A stretch of DNA of 64,000 nucleotides. Origin: Sminthopsis crassicaudata. Its lineage: Eukaryota. Where the stretch lies: positions 469,099,294 to 469,163,293 of the forward strand of contig NC_133618.1 in the NCBI RefSeq assembly GCF_048593235.1. Direction: 5' to 3'. Under the pieces are notes generated by a model that saw only the letters and a program-made list of their open reading frames with translations, ran no database searches and was not told where the DNA came from. Below are positions 40,837-52,418 of this stretch, piece by piece. The translations under genes and the position numbers were made by a program. Every line of letters starts with the position of its first letter. Within the stretch, counting starts at the first letter, position 1.

Positions 40837-43335
40837 CCCCGAAAATTGTTACCCCAAAAATTAACCTTAACCTTTTCAGGTCTCTCAGAATCAATCTTCA
40901 TCCTTAGAAATTCGAGCAGTTTCCGGGAAGAATATCTGTGTTCCTACCCTCGTCTCACTCTATCTCTAAAACATAGGGCACCCAGACCAGGTTTGGGCTG
41001 CGAGCAAAAGTCTCCCATGGAAACTACTTGCATTTCAGGCAAAAAAGTTCTCTTTTAGTCTTACTCTGTCTCTAGAGACTGCTTCTAGAGACAAAAGACC
41101 TTCTTTTCCAAGGCATTTCTAATCCCTTTATATCACCAGAAAAGCCTGCCCTCAGGCCGCAACTCTGAGACACACAGGAGAGTGTCTCTTCACCCCTCCC
41201 CCCACCATGTGGCCAACCCTCTCGGGTCCCAGGCCAGCAGTCTCCTTGATCTCTTCTGGAGGAGATACCTGTGTTTGAGCCCCTCTCGCACTCCACCGTA
41301 GTGGTCAGGCTGTAGCCACGAGGAGACAGTCAATGGATCGGGTGAACTTGGAGATGTGTCTCTACCCAACTGTGTGACAGTTCACCTTCAACACCAGAGA
41401 AGCACTGGGTAAGATAACATCTCTCCCTTCCCCCATCCTCTCTCTTTTCCAACCTCTCCCATGTGGCTTAACCTGCCATTTAAATTCTCCCATCCTGTCC
41501 CCTTCTTGGGGTACAGTGGGGAGATTTGGGGACTCTTCAAGAGCTCTAGAAAAGTTTCCTATTCACTTTTAAAAGGTGCTCTGCTGCAACTCTCAATGCC
41601 CCTCCCATAGCTTCTAACTGGCTCTTGAAAGAGTCAAGGCTTCCAGCGCTCTCAGAACTAGCTTGTTTTAGGGTTAGTCCCTTTTAAAATGGGACTTGGT
41701 TTCCTGATTTAGTCATCCTGCATTAGAACATGCTCTCTAGGCTGGATATAGGATTTTCTAAGCCTCAGGGCATATTTACCTGCTCTCTAAAGCCTAGACA
41801 GAGAATTTAAACTGCTCAAGCCTTTTTCTGTCTCAGAAGCTCCTAGCACACTCTCTATTTCTCTGGATTGGCATTCTATGCCCCCTATGCCAACAATGAA
41901 AAGGTTGCCTTTCTAGTTCCAGTCCTGACCAGTCGAGAACTTCAGAAAGGAGATCTTTGTAATTTTGGCTGGGGAACAAAATTACAAATTTAGGCAAATT
42001 AATTGTTAAGAGAGTGAAAATAGTTTCTTTTGATTTCTCCTTTCATTTTCCTCCATCCTGACTGCAGGCAGGCAGGGGTGAATTAAAAAGAGATTGAAAC
42101 TATTTAAACACTCCTTAACTACTTTTAATTTGGCGCCTCTCTAGAATCTTTCTCTGTTCTGGTGTGCGACAGTTCTCTTTTTACTGCCTCAATTTCCTTA
42201 AACAGTCTCTCTCTTGCCCCAATTTCTCTGGCGTCAGTCCAGGAAGACAGGGATATAGAATAAGAATAGATTCTCTCTCAAGCTGCCTTTTAGAGAATGG
42301 CTAAATTAACACCTGAATTCTATATAGAGTTCCAATCTCTCTCTACTCACTCAACCCCCAACTTTTATTTTCAGGAGTTGAGTATCTCCAATTAGCGTTT
42401 GGCTTTTCTAAATGCCCCAAACACCCCCATACCCTACTCACTAAAAGATGGGTGGGGGTAGGGTCTTTTGTCTTCAACTCAATCATCAAGTACCGAGTAG
42501 CCTGAGGTAAATGCTAGCTGCCTTCCCCTCCCTCTGCCTCTTCTAACAGAGTAGGGAGGGGCCATGTGGGATTTCTCCACACCCACCTTCTGCAGAGAAG
42601 GTTCTGAGTGAGATAGGCCTGCTTTTTAAAGACTCGTTAAAACTGGGGGACTTGCTAATACTGTTTAACTTTCTGTATAAAACTGACTATTGCTCTGTAT
42701 GAAAAAACTTTAACTATTGCTGTATAAATCTGTTTAACTATTGCTGCATAAAACTTTGACTATTGTTGTTTCAGGAAATTTACTAGTCTGTTATGTATAA
42801 TCTGATAATTTCTGTAAACAGGGGAGGAAGGAAACTGAGATTTCAGCTGGTCAGGAAATTGGGAAAAACTGATGTCTTATTTCAGTTCAGGCCGAATTGG
42901 AAACTATTTTGCTCTTTGCTTAAAATTTACTAGACTATGATTTGCCGAGTTATGTTTTAACTTTGAAATCCCTTATTCAGTCTTTGGGATTATTCTTTAA
43001 AAACAACCAAAAATCAGACACCTGTCCAAGGACTGGCAGCCTCTCTGATCTGTTTCTCCACCCCTGTTACCCCAGTTCCTTTATTATTTTAGCATTTTGA
43101 CATCAGGACTCTAATGGTTTGGGGTGGCCTGTCTTGGTCTAATTGCATAATTTACTCAGAAATCTGTCCTCCCTAGAGAGAGAGAATGAAGCTCTCAAAC
43201 TCCATTTTTTGTCTCTCTCTCAGAGCCCCTGACTTGGAGTGCCTTCTCAGGGCAGCAGGCCTGCCTTGAGCACTGCTAAACAGCAGACACTGGGTTAAAT
43301 ACACAAATGACCACAGACCTAAAGACTGCCCATCT

Positions 43336-43560
43336 CTGGCCCAACTGCAGAGATTCAAACAGGGAGGCAAATGTCTCTCTCAATAAGGAGTGCTGTTCTA
43401 TGCTAATAATTCTGGGGTTATCGGGAGAAACTGGTCCTTGCCACAAGTCCTTGCATTTTCTAGTTTTAGTCTGGTTTATTTGTTTTATTGTCCTGCCTCA
43501 GTTTCCCTGCCTCTTAGTTCTTCTGCAAAACCTCCCCCTGCCTCTTTATCAGAATACTTG
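43336..43560 (+). pseudogene. env: Retroviral env transmembrane-subunit remnant
   Basis: Repairing a 2-nt and a 1-nt deletion gives QGGKCLSLNKECCFYANNSGVI (gamma-type CX6CC plus FYANxSG), followed by a hydrophobic stretch FLVLVWFICFIVLPQFPCLLVLL; the immunosuppressive domain appears internally deleted. Confidence 0.75.
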
Positions 43561-43949
43561 ATAAGATCTTATGTTTCAGAATAGCAGAATGCCTCTCCCA
43601 TCCCAAGCTATGGGAATGTCTTATCAAGATGCTGTCTCCACTGATTGACATCTCTCTAGAAACTTACTCCAATATTGCTCTCACCTCTATTTCAGTCTTC
43701 CTGTTCATGAGGTAACACAAACCCCCACCCTCTATCAGCGAGGTGGTTCAGCTCAATTTCCAAGGACTTGATTGACACTGTCTGGAGCTACATTCAAGCC
43801 AAGCATTGCTCATTGAGACGTCATGGCACAGCTCTGGCAAAATAAAAGTTTTGGTCATCTCTCTCTCTCTCTTAGGGATGCCTAAAGGGAATGAAAGCTA
43901 TAAAGTTGGGGTCTGGTTACTGCCTCTCAATAAACTCCACTGAACAGAT

Positions 43950-43997
43950 TATCTAACTTTATCTCCACCCACCTATCTAACTTTATCTCCACCCACC
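43950..43997. repeat. Perfect 24-bp tandem duplication
   Basis: TATCTAACTTTATCTCCACCCACC x2. Confidence 0.95.
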
Positions 43998-45690
43998 TTG
44001 ACAGGGCTTCTACACCCAGCAAAGCTTCCAAGTCCTTTTCAAACTTAGCCTGAGTTTCTGTGAATATCATCCATACTCCGGTAGGATTTATTTCTAAAAG
44101 TTTAACTGCTAACTTATTGAATTTTCTTACATGGAATTAGGCATTCTGTATATGATTATATTTGCATTGGGTATTTTAAAAACAAACTGATTTGTATGAA
44201 TAATGTTCACTTATGAAACATCTACTTACATATGAACCTATGGGGACAAATTCCTTACTGTTATCCATATAAGGTTATGATAAATAATTGTTCTTGCATT
44301 TTTTCCTCATATAACCGATTTTTAAGATCAGCAATAGTCAATAGAAATTGTTAATGCAATTCAATTATGTCATACCTTGCTGTTTCTAGCCTGATTATAT
44401 GTAATCATTATATCCTAAATGCTTGGCCAAATAAGTATTTAGCCTGGTCATCTGTTTGCTACTGGAAAACTAATAGAGATCTATAAGACCAAAACTGTTT
44501 TCTAATACCTGTTGTTTTCCCTTTATCTCGTTAACCTGAGACTCTCAGTTCTCTTCTCAGGGCAACTCCTGCCTCCAGACACTCAGAAAGAAGCAGAGGT
44601 ACCCTTTTAATGCAAATTTCTTCTAGACTTAAACCTTAGAAGACCCCAGTCTCTGCTCTGAATTCAAGCAGGAAGAACTGCCTTCTCACCACCACAGAAT
44701 ACCACAAGGGTTGAACTGGCCCCCAGCGTCCTGCTCCCTGGTAGGAATTTGAGGTCTGGCCCTGTTTCCCTTTTATCTCAGGATAGCCCAAACACCTCAG
44801 GGGACGGTAAGTTGGGTAGGCTATGCTGATGCTTTTCACCCCTCCCCCATAAAGAGTGGTGAAACTAGGAAGGAAAGATTCAGGATCTTTGCTTATTGAA
44901 TAACTCTCTTCAAGAAAAACAGCAGTTTTTTCCAACATTTCCAAGAGCTTAAACTGCATTCTTATCTTGATCTGTAGCTCTGACAACTGGGGATACATAC
45001 CCATCCCTAGACCCTGCCTCACAAAAGAGCAGTGGTTCATTAAATCTACTAGATATCAAGGCCTCTTGCCTCCCCTGACTTCTGAGTCCACACCCGTTAA
45101 TCCCAACCCCAGGAGAAATTAGCTTTCCTGGAAATTAAGGGTGAAAGAGCTAGGCTACAAATAATCCTTTCTCTCAGCATTTTCTCCTATTTCTCTTTGA
45201 TAATTAGATGGGCCATCAGACAAGCAGCCCACAAAAGGGATCTGATGCATTTCTTGCTAAAGGCCCCATTCTCCTGAATGTCACCATCTCCACCCTGGAT
45301 GACACCCCACTTTTAATCTGTTCCCAAGATCTGTTTTCTCTATGTTTCGCACTTGGGATTCTCAGCTGGCCTTTCAGCCTGGAGAATATTAACTGGGGAC
45401 AACTGACCAGGACACCCCCCCAATGCCCAGCTGCCATCCCCCACACCTCATGCCTCACCTCCTGGCATGGAACCCCAAATCTCTACGGCCCTTGTCAGCT
45501 CGAAGCAGTCAAGAGAAGATCGACACCCCTTTTCCCACATGCATCTGGAGGCAATGGTTTGAGGGGGGAACAAGATGAGAGGACCCGCTACTCTGAAGAT
45601 CTTTGGAGAAAATATTCAATCTTGCCTTAAATGAAGGATACTGCCCCAAATTTTCTTTTTTTCTTAAATGAATTTAAGTCTCAACTGTTT

Positions 45691-45701
45691 AAGGGGGGAA
45701 A
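45691..45701 (+). promoter_or_regulatory. Polypurine tract
   Basis: AAGGGGGGAAA directly abutting the TG of the 3' LTR. Confidence 0.88.
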
Positions 45702-46180
45702 TGATGGAGGCTGAAGTCCCTTTAAGATTCCTTTCTAATTGCCCAACCCATGGCTGACCTTGATTCACAAATCCTGGTCAAAGGCACTCTTTGAATATCT
45801 GGGCCCAGCCCCACTATCTGCTCAGCTTCCCCCAGCCCTCACCTGATCTGAGCTAACTGAAAAGCCTGCCAAGAACTTGGGGGTACCGCCCATCATCTTC
45901 TAGGTATAAAAGAGCCGAGTTGGAACTCCCTCTTTGCAGGAGCCCTCCCACCAACACATGGTATCCTTCCAGCCATGTAAGGGTTCCTGCCTGCCCAGCG
46001 GCCACCTCTGGTCTTGGCGTCTTTCTGAGCTTTACTTCCAAATTTCTACAATCAACCTTTTATTTATCAATCTAGGTTTTCAGGCTTGTAAATTCATTTG
46101 CAGGAGACACTGTGCCTCATGAGATTATCTTAATATCTATGAGCTGAGAAATGGGATTCCCCCTTGCCTTTCCCTTATTA
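45702..46180 (+). mobile_element. 3' LTR
   Basis: Direct repeat of 40317-40799; TATAAAA at 45905; poly(A) signal reads AATCAA (46050). Confidence 0.92.
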
Positions 46181-47384
46181 ATATGGCAGACCAATCTCCC
46201 CCTAAAACAATAATTGTTAAGAGAGTCAAATTGTCTGGAAGAAGGGATATGAAAGTTTCATTGTACTTTCTGGTCAGATAACATTAATATTTTGAGCATC
46301 ATTTTTTAGAAATGGCATTGCCTGAGAATCTGTAAAAACTGATTTGCATGGTACAATCCTAGCCCTATAGGATGCATGAATGTATCTTCAATAATGCATT
46401 GGTCTGAATTACCCCATGGATGACAGGGAGATCTCTCATTAGTGCCATGTTGGCTTTATCTAAAAATTATGTAAGTCTGAGCCCTGAGGGAAATGGAACC
46501 TTCATTCAGAAAGTGGACATCACTGCACATCTGAAACTACCCACTGTGTGTTGCCCATAGACTAAGTGCTTATTCTCTGTTGGCATCTGTTCTCCTCTCC
46601 TTGGAGTAGCGTTTTATTAAATGCCAATCCTGTGTGGCATTCTTGTTCACCCCACTTTTGTACTACATTGACAAATTGCTCCATATCTAAAGCAGGGCAG
46701 CCAGGATCTAAAGTAGAGGGGACTAGTTTCTGCTACTGTAAAATGGGGATAATAGCAGCTACATTTTGGGATTATCACAAGGATTAATGTTTTTTCACGT
46801 GACTGGCACAAAATAGGTGGTTTTACAAATGCTTATCCTTCCTTCCCTCCCCACTAGAAACCATGACTTAGGGAATCAATTGAAAGAAGTAGAATGATTA
46901 GCCTGAAGAAGAAAAGACTAAGAAGAGGGAGAAGTAAATAGGGAAAGATCTCTGACTTCTAGGATTTCACAAGTGTCATGCAGAAGAGAAACCAGACTGA
47001 TTTGACTTCTCTCCCAAGATAAGAATTATAAGCAATGGATGGAAGTTTCTGAGAAGTAATTCTCAGCTCTACATAAGGAGACCTTTCTTAACCATGAGAG
47101 CTGTCCACAAGTTAAATGGGTTACCTCGAGGTGGAGTGAATTCTCTATTATGGAAGTTTTTCAAGCAAAGGTCAAATAACTACTTGTTCCACATCACATC
47201 ACCAATTTTTTTCTAGACATCTCTACCTGGATACTCCAGCCATTTCAAACACCTATCCAAAAATGGAATTCATATTCTTCTCAAAACTCATTCCTATTTT
47301 GGTAAAAGGCACTACTTCACTTCTAGTCACTAGATTTAAAATCTTACAATCATCCTTGACTCTTCACTCTCCTTCAACTTCCCC

Positions 47385-47415
<31 letters not shown>

Positions 47416-47827
47416 CAACCCTCAGTTGCCAGATCTTGATTTCATCTCAATTTTACCTAAAATCCATTTCCTGCTCCTCATTCACATGACTAGTTCTTGC
47501 TCTTATCATCTGAACTGCAATAGGCTCCTAACTAATCTCTTTATCTCTATTCTTCTCCTCTCTAATCCATCCTTCTCATTCATCTGATGAGAGTGATAGA
47601 AGGTAACAAATTCTTCCCAATGTCCTCATTTAGACCAGAAACTAGACTGCCTGGGTCATTCCACTTAGCATCTGCTGCTCTGTCTGTTAATTCTGTGGAA
47701 CAACATCCGGCCCAGGCACTAGGTGCTTCCTGGTGTCCCACCCTTCTCCCTCACTTTTCTGCCCCCTTTTTGTATTGTGTCTCCCAACCCTCATTAGGTT
47801 GTAAACTTCTTGAAAACAGGGACTTTA

Positions 47828-47859
<32 letters not shown>

Positions 47860-48539
47860 GTCTATTTCTTCAATGCTTCTTTTTTTATCATAGCTTTTAA
47901 TTGACAAAACATATGCATGGGTAATTTTTCAACATTGACCCTTGCAAAAACTTCTATTCCAACTTTTCCCCTCCTTCCCTCCACCTCCTCCCCTAGATTA
48001 CAGGTAGAGGGACTTTCTTTTTATTATATCACCAAAGTCTGGGACATAAAAGATGCTTAATAAATGTTTATTAAATTGGGCAATCGCCCTTGTGACTGAC
48101 AAGCAGCAACGAAAGGAGAAGAACTTCCAGAGCAGATGTTGTGGGTTACACCTTTGTCACACATTTTTTTTTTTTTTTTAAACAAACATGTCTCATCATC
48201 CTAAGTTTAAGCTTACTGCTCCTATGGATGTTGTGTGTATTAGTGGAAAGGAGTGACCAGGTTTTAGGAGAACATTTTGTATTAACTCTTTATCATGTAT
48301 CTGAGCATAGCAGTAGCTGCCCTATGGGGATGCATCCTGCCAATTCAATAAGTTGGAAAATGTTGTTGTTTCTTCCTCCTCCTCCTCCTTCCTCTTCCCT
48401 TTTCTTCTCCATCTTCTTTTTCATTTTCTCCTCCATCTTTTCCATCATCTTCTTCATCTTCATCATCTTTTTCTCCTCCTGATGTTCCTGCTCCTCTTCC
48501 TAAACGGATGCATGTTTGTCTCAATTCTACCTAGTCACT

Positions 48540-50340
48540 GAATGAGCAGAGATGGGAAAGACCTGATTGAGAAAGGCGTCCTCCCCCCCACTGCTCCCTG
48601 GCCGGTGCTAGCCATCCTGACTTTTGTCTTGGCAGTGGACTTGAGTGAGACTGCTGACCGCACGGCTCTACCTTCTTTAAATACACTTCGTGTGCGAACG
48701 GGGGCATCTCCCTTGTCACGTCACTGGTCCTCTCCCAGAAAGAAGGATGAACAACTGCAACAACTGCAGGGGGCCGAGTGCCTGCCAAAATAAGGAACAA
48801 GTCTGCCATGGCGCTCCCTTGCTCAAGCTCTGACTCCCCCTCGTCCCTGGGAGAAAAGACGCACCCTCCTGCCTTGGTTTCACAGTCCAGACCGCTTCCC
48901 CTTTCTAGACAAGTTTTAATTATTCCCCTTTGGACACCCTAACTTTCCGCCCAGCTGGCCCTCATTTCTGCTCCCCATGCATGACGCTCTATGCCTTATC
49001 ATCCATTGTCCACAATCTCCAGACTGCTCTTCCGCCCGCTTTCACCTCCTGGAATCACTTCGAGATTCAAATCAAACAAGGCTTTTGGGTTCTCCCGCCC
49101 CGCCCCCCCCCACTTTGTATTTCACTTGCATGCGGCCTGTCACATAGGAAGCAGGGCCTGCAGTGGGGAGGCGGCTGTGTGACCGTGGCTGCCACTCTGG
49201 CTTGGGCCGCTTCCCCCAGGAGCTTTACCTGGCCGGTGTAGGTGTGTGAGACAGGCGCATGGCGATTCTGGAACCTCCGTACTCGGTCACGTGCGAGGGG
49301 GTCACGGCCCGCAGCGCAGGCGGCTTCTCCCTCGTGACTGAGAGCACCCGCGCAGGAGCCGGCCTCACAGAGAGCGGGAGTGAGTGCTCCCATCTGTAAG
49401 TCAGGGGCCGAGCCCGCTCTCCAGTGCAAGCTCCCTGAGGGCAGGAAAGGTAGGCGCGTGTTGAGTTTGTTGCTAGTTACAGCACCGAAACCTCGGAGGC
49501 GCCTAATAACGTTCGCCCAGGTGTCCAGGCGGTCTGGAAGTTTCTTTTCTTTAAGGACTGGGCCCGAACACTCCGAGGCTTGTTGGAGGGGGATTCCGCG
49601 GGAAATGTGTCCTTCCCGAAGCTCCAGCCCTCCAGCCCCTTTTCTTCCAGAGCAGCGAATGCTTAGTGCTGTAAGGTCCGCGAGGCTCTGCACAAACGCA
49701 CCAGCTTCTGGCACCGGGAGCTCCCGGTCACTGGCCTCGTTTTTACCGGGGGGAAGTTGAGGCAAGTAAGGGGTGGGCAATTTCCCTACGGACGGCGAGT
49801 CGGAGGAGCCCCTTTGGAACTCAGGTCTCGCCCATTCCCGCGCCAGCGCTCCCTGCACTGTGCCACCTAGCGGCCCCGAGCACCGCTTACTTCAGGCGGC
49901 ACACTCCTGAGCGGCAGCAGGTCGGTCACCCGGGCTTGGCCGTTAGGGGCGGGAGCAGCTAACAAAGAGCTGCCTCTGAAGCTCGGAGCAGTCGGGACCT
50001 GTGACGTGGGGAGGGGGGGGGGTCCACACTGTTGAGATGAGGGCGCTTTAAACAGATATAATTAAGGTAGGAAGAACAATACCATTAATAATTAATTACG
50101 ATCAGCCCAGAACCTAACGTGCATCTGCATCTCACCTGGTCCTTTGTACCCTCGGGGACTTACTCCTCACCTGTGTATCTTTGTCTCCCCCTGCAGGGTC
50201 ACTGCACCAGGGATGGCTTCCGGGGCCTAGGCGGGGGCTGAGGAAGGCACCCACACCACCCAGGCCGGCTCTCAGCCTCCGTGCTGCGCCCTGCCTGGCC
50301 GCCGGCAAGGCCCACGGAGCTTTCTGTGAATAACGTTGTA
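48540..50340. promoter_or_regulatory. Orphan CpG island / GC-rich domain
   Basis: Hand count: 21 CpG in 49621-49920 versus 0 in 30001-30300; GC boxes (CCGCCC) at ~49095-49105; no adjacent coding exon recognised. Confidence 0.8.
49650..49878 (-). mobile_element. MIR/Mar SINE, strongly GC-shifted
   Basis: tagtgctgtaaggtccgcgaggctctgcacaaac...ttttaccggggggaagttgaggcaa...ggaactcaggtctc...cactgtgccacctagcggcccc aligns with the MIR/Mar reverse complement. Confidence 0.75.
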
Positions 50341-50536
50341 AAACTTATAACAAAATGCATAAAATCACAAAGGAAACCGATTCTACTGAAACAGTGATGT
50401 TTTTAAATAAGTTCATAGAGCACAGATTAAACCCCAGATCTAGCGCTCTCATTCACACCGGAGGAAGCTGGGCGCCAACAAGTGCAGTACCTGCACACTC
50501 TGCAGACGCACAGACTGCCGGGGGCTCCCTATATAC

Positions 50537-51185
50537 ATATATAGTTTTTATTTACCAGATATATGCATGGGTAATTTTACCATATTGACAATTGCCAGAC
50601 CTTTTGCTCCAATTTTTCCCCGTCTCCCCAGCCCCCAGATGGCAGGTTGACCAATACATGTTAAATATTTAAAGTATAAATTAAATACAATATATGTATA
50701 CATGACCACAGTTGTTTTGCTGAATAAAAAGAATCAGACTTTGAAATAGTGTACAATTAGCCTGTGAAGGAAATCCAAAATGCAGGCGGACAAAATTAGA
50801 GGGATTGGGAATTCTGTGTAGTGCTTTATAGTCATCCCCCAGAGTTCTTTCGCTGGGTGTAGCTGCTTCAGTTCGTTACTGCTCTATTGGCACTGATTTG
50901 GTTCATCTCATTGTTGAAAATGGCTACATCCACCAGAACTGATCATTATATAGTTTTGTTGTTGAAGTATATAAAGATCTCCTGGTCCTACTCATTTCAC
51001 TCAGCATCAGTTCATGTAAGTCTCTCCAGGCCTTTCTGAAATCATCCTGTTGGTCATTTCTTACAGAACAATAATATTCCATAACATTCATATACCATAA
51101 TTTATTCACCCATTCTCCAATTGAGGGGCATCCACTCAGTTTCCAGTTTCTGGCCACTACAAAGAGGGCTGCCGCAAACATTCGA
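50537..51185 (-). mobile_element. 5'-truncated L1
   Basis: ORF 50924-51205 contains [24 protein letters not shown]; 3'UTR is similar to the 17385-18322 copy. Confidence 0.9.
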
Positions 51186-52230
51186 GCACGGGCACTTCCA
51201 AGCACTTACCCTTGGAACAAAAGGAGGCCAGAGGGACCTGGCAGGGACCGCAACGATGAAGAAGACCCTCCCTGAGGGGAGTGAGCCTTGGGCAATAAAG
51301 AAGTCCCTAGAGCCACCAGCTCCAAGGTGAGAGGAGAGGAAGCAGCAGTGCCGACGCTGGGACAAAGCTGCCCCAGCTCCGGGTGTCTGGGGAAGATCCA
51401 GCCCTGGCCCTTCCTCCTGGCGAGGTCACATGACGGCAGGTGGGCTGGAGGGAACCATTTTACAGTCAGTGAAGTCTCAAATACCGACTATTCCTCTAAT
51501 GGGTAAATGCCGCTCACTGTGGACCGCGGTCCACACAGCAGTGGCTCCTCAGAGCCACGCACTAGAATTTAGGCAACAGCCATGGCGCAAGGGGAAGAGC
51601 CCCTAATCTGGAGCAAAGGGAGCTGGGCTCAAACCCTAATCATCTTCTTACTGAACATGTGATCTCGGGTACATCGCTTCCCTTCTCGGCCTCAGTCCCC
51701 CATTCATAAAATGAAAGAATTAGACTAGGTCTCAGGCTCTTACTTTGGGGTCTATAAACTTGTCTTTTTTTAAAATTTTAATAACTGCATTTCTATATAA
51801 TTGGTCTCCTTTGTGGTAGTATGATTTTACTTTATGTATTTTTAAATATTATACTAAGAAGGTGTCCATGGATTTCACCAGACTGATAATAGGTGTCCCT
51901 GACACAAAAGTGGTTAAAAATCCCTAGAACAGATGTCTAAACTATTTTCTCATTCTATATCCTATGATTAAGAGAATTTATATCTTAGAACACATTGTTA
52001 GAGCTGAGATGGGTCTTAGAACTTTATCAATCAAAGGAAAGAAAATGTGAAAAACTATCACAAACAAATTTCCTATCTTAAGGACAAAGAAATTGGAGGA
52101 ACTGAGTCTACATTTTCCACTTAAATGAATATCGTTCTTTTTTGAATCCCTCAGCTTCTCAAGGGCTCACTCTATTACTCTCCAGAGCTTTCAAGTCTTC
52201 CGAGCATGAAGCCAAGAATAACATAGGTAT

Positions 52231-52418
52231 AGTGGTCCTCAAACTTTTTAAATAGGGGCCAGTTTACTGTCCCTCAGACTGTGGGAGGGCTGGACTATTG
52301 TAAAAACAAAAGCTCACACTCTGTCTCCACCCCTCAGCCCATTTGCCTTAAGGGGCTGGGCACATAAACGTCCTCAGCAGCAGCATCTGGCCCGCAGGCC
52401 ATAGTTTGACAACCCCTG
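52231..52418 (+). mobile_element. OC1 (OposCharlie1)-type hAT MITE
   Basis: (c)agtggtcctcaaactttttaaataggggccagtt..ctgtccctcagactg..ggagggc.ggactat ... ggcccgcaggccatagtttgacaacccctg; GTATAG flanks both ends (52227-52232, 52419-52424), consistent with a partly deleted 8-bp hAT TSD. Confidence 0.75.

Larger units (their letters stand above)
40317..46180 (+). mobile_element. Two-LTR endogenous retrovirus, class I (gamma/HERV-I-like), lacking recognisable gag-pol
   Basis: LTRs at 40317-40799 and 45702-46180 (about 38 differences by hand count, ~92% identical); ATAT TSD at 40313-40316 and 46181-46184; PBS at 40819-40836; PPT at 45691-45701; env TM remnant. Confidence 0.92.

Noticed and set aside
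49067-49858. 263-aa ORF in the CpG island (and the 126-aa ORF on the opposite strand)
   Set aside because: Stop-codon scarcity is expected in GC-rich DNA, and the frame crosses MIR and L2 remnants.
51518-51535. Perfect 18-bp palindrome TGTGGACCGCGGTCCACA (also a 16-bp one at ~49713)
   Set aside because: About 0.25 (18 bp) and about 1 (16 bp) such palindromes are expected by chance in 64 kb.
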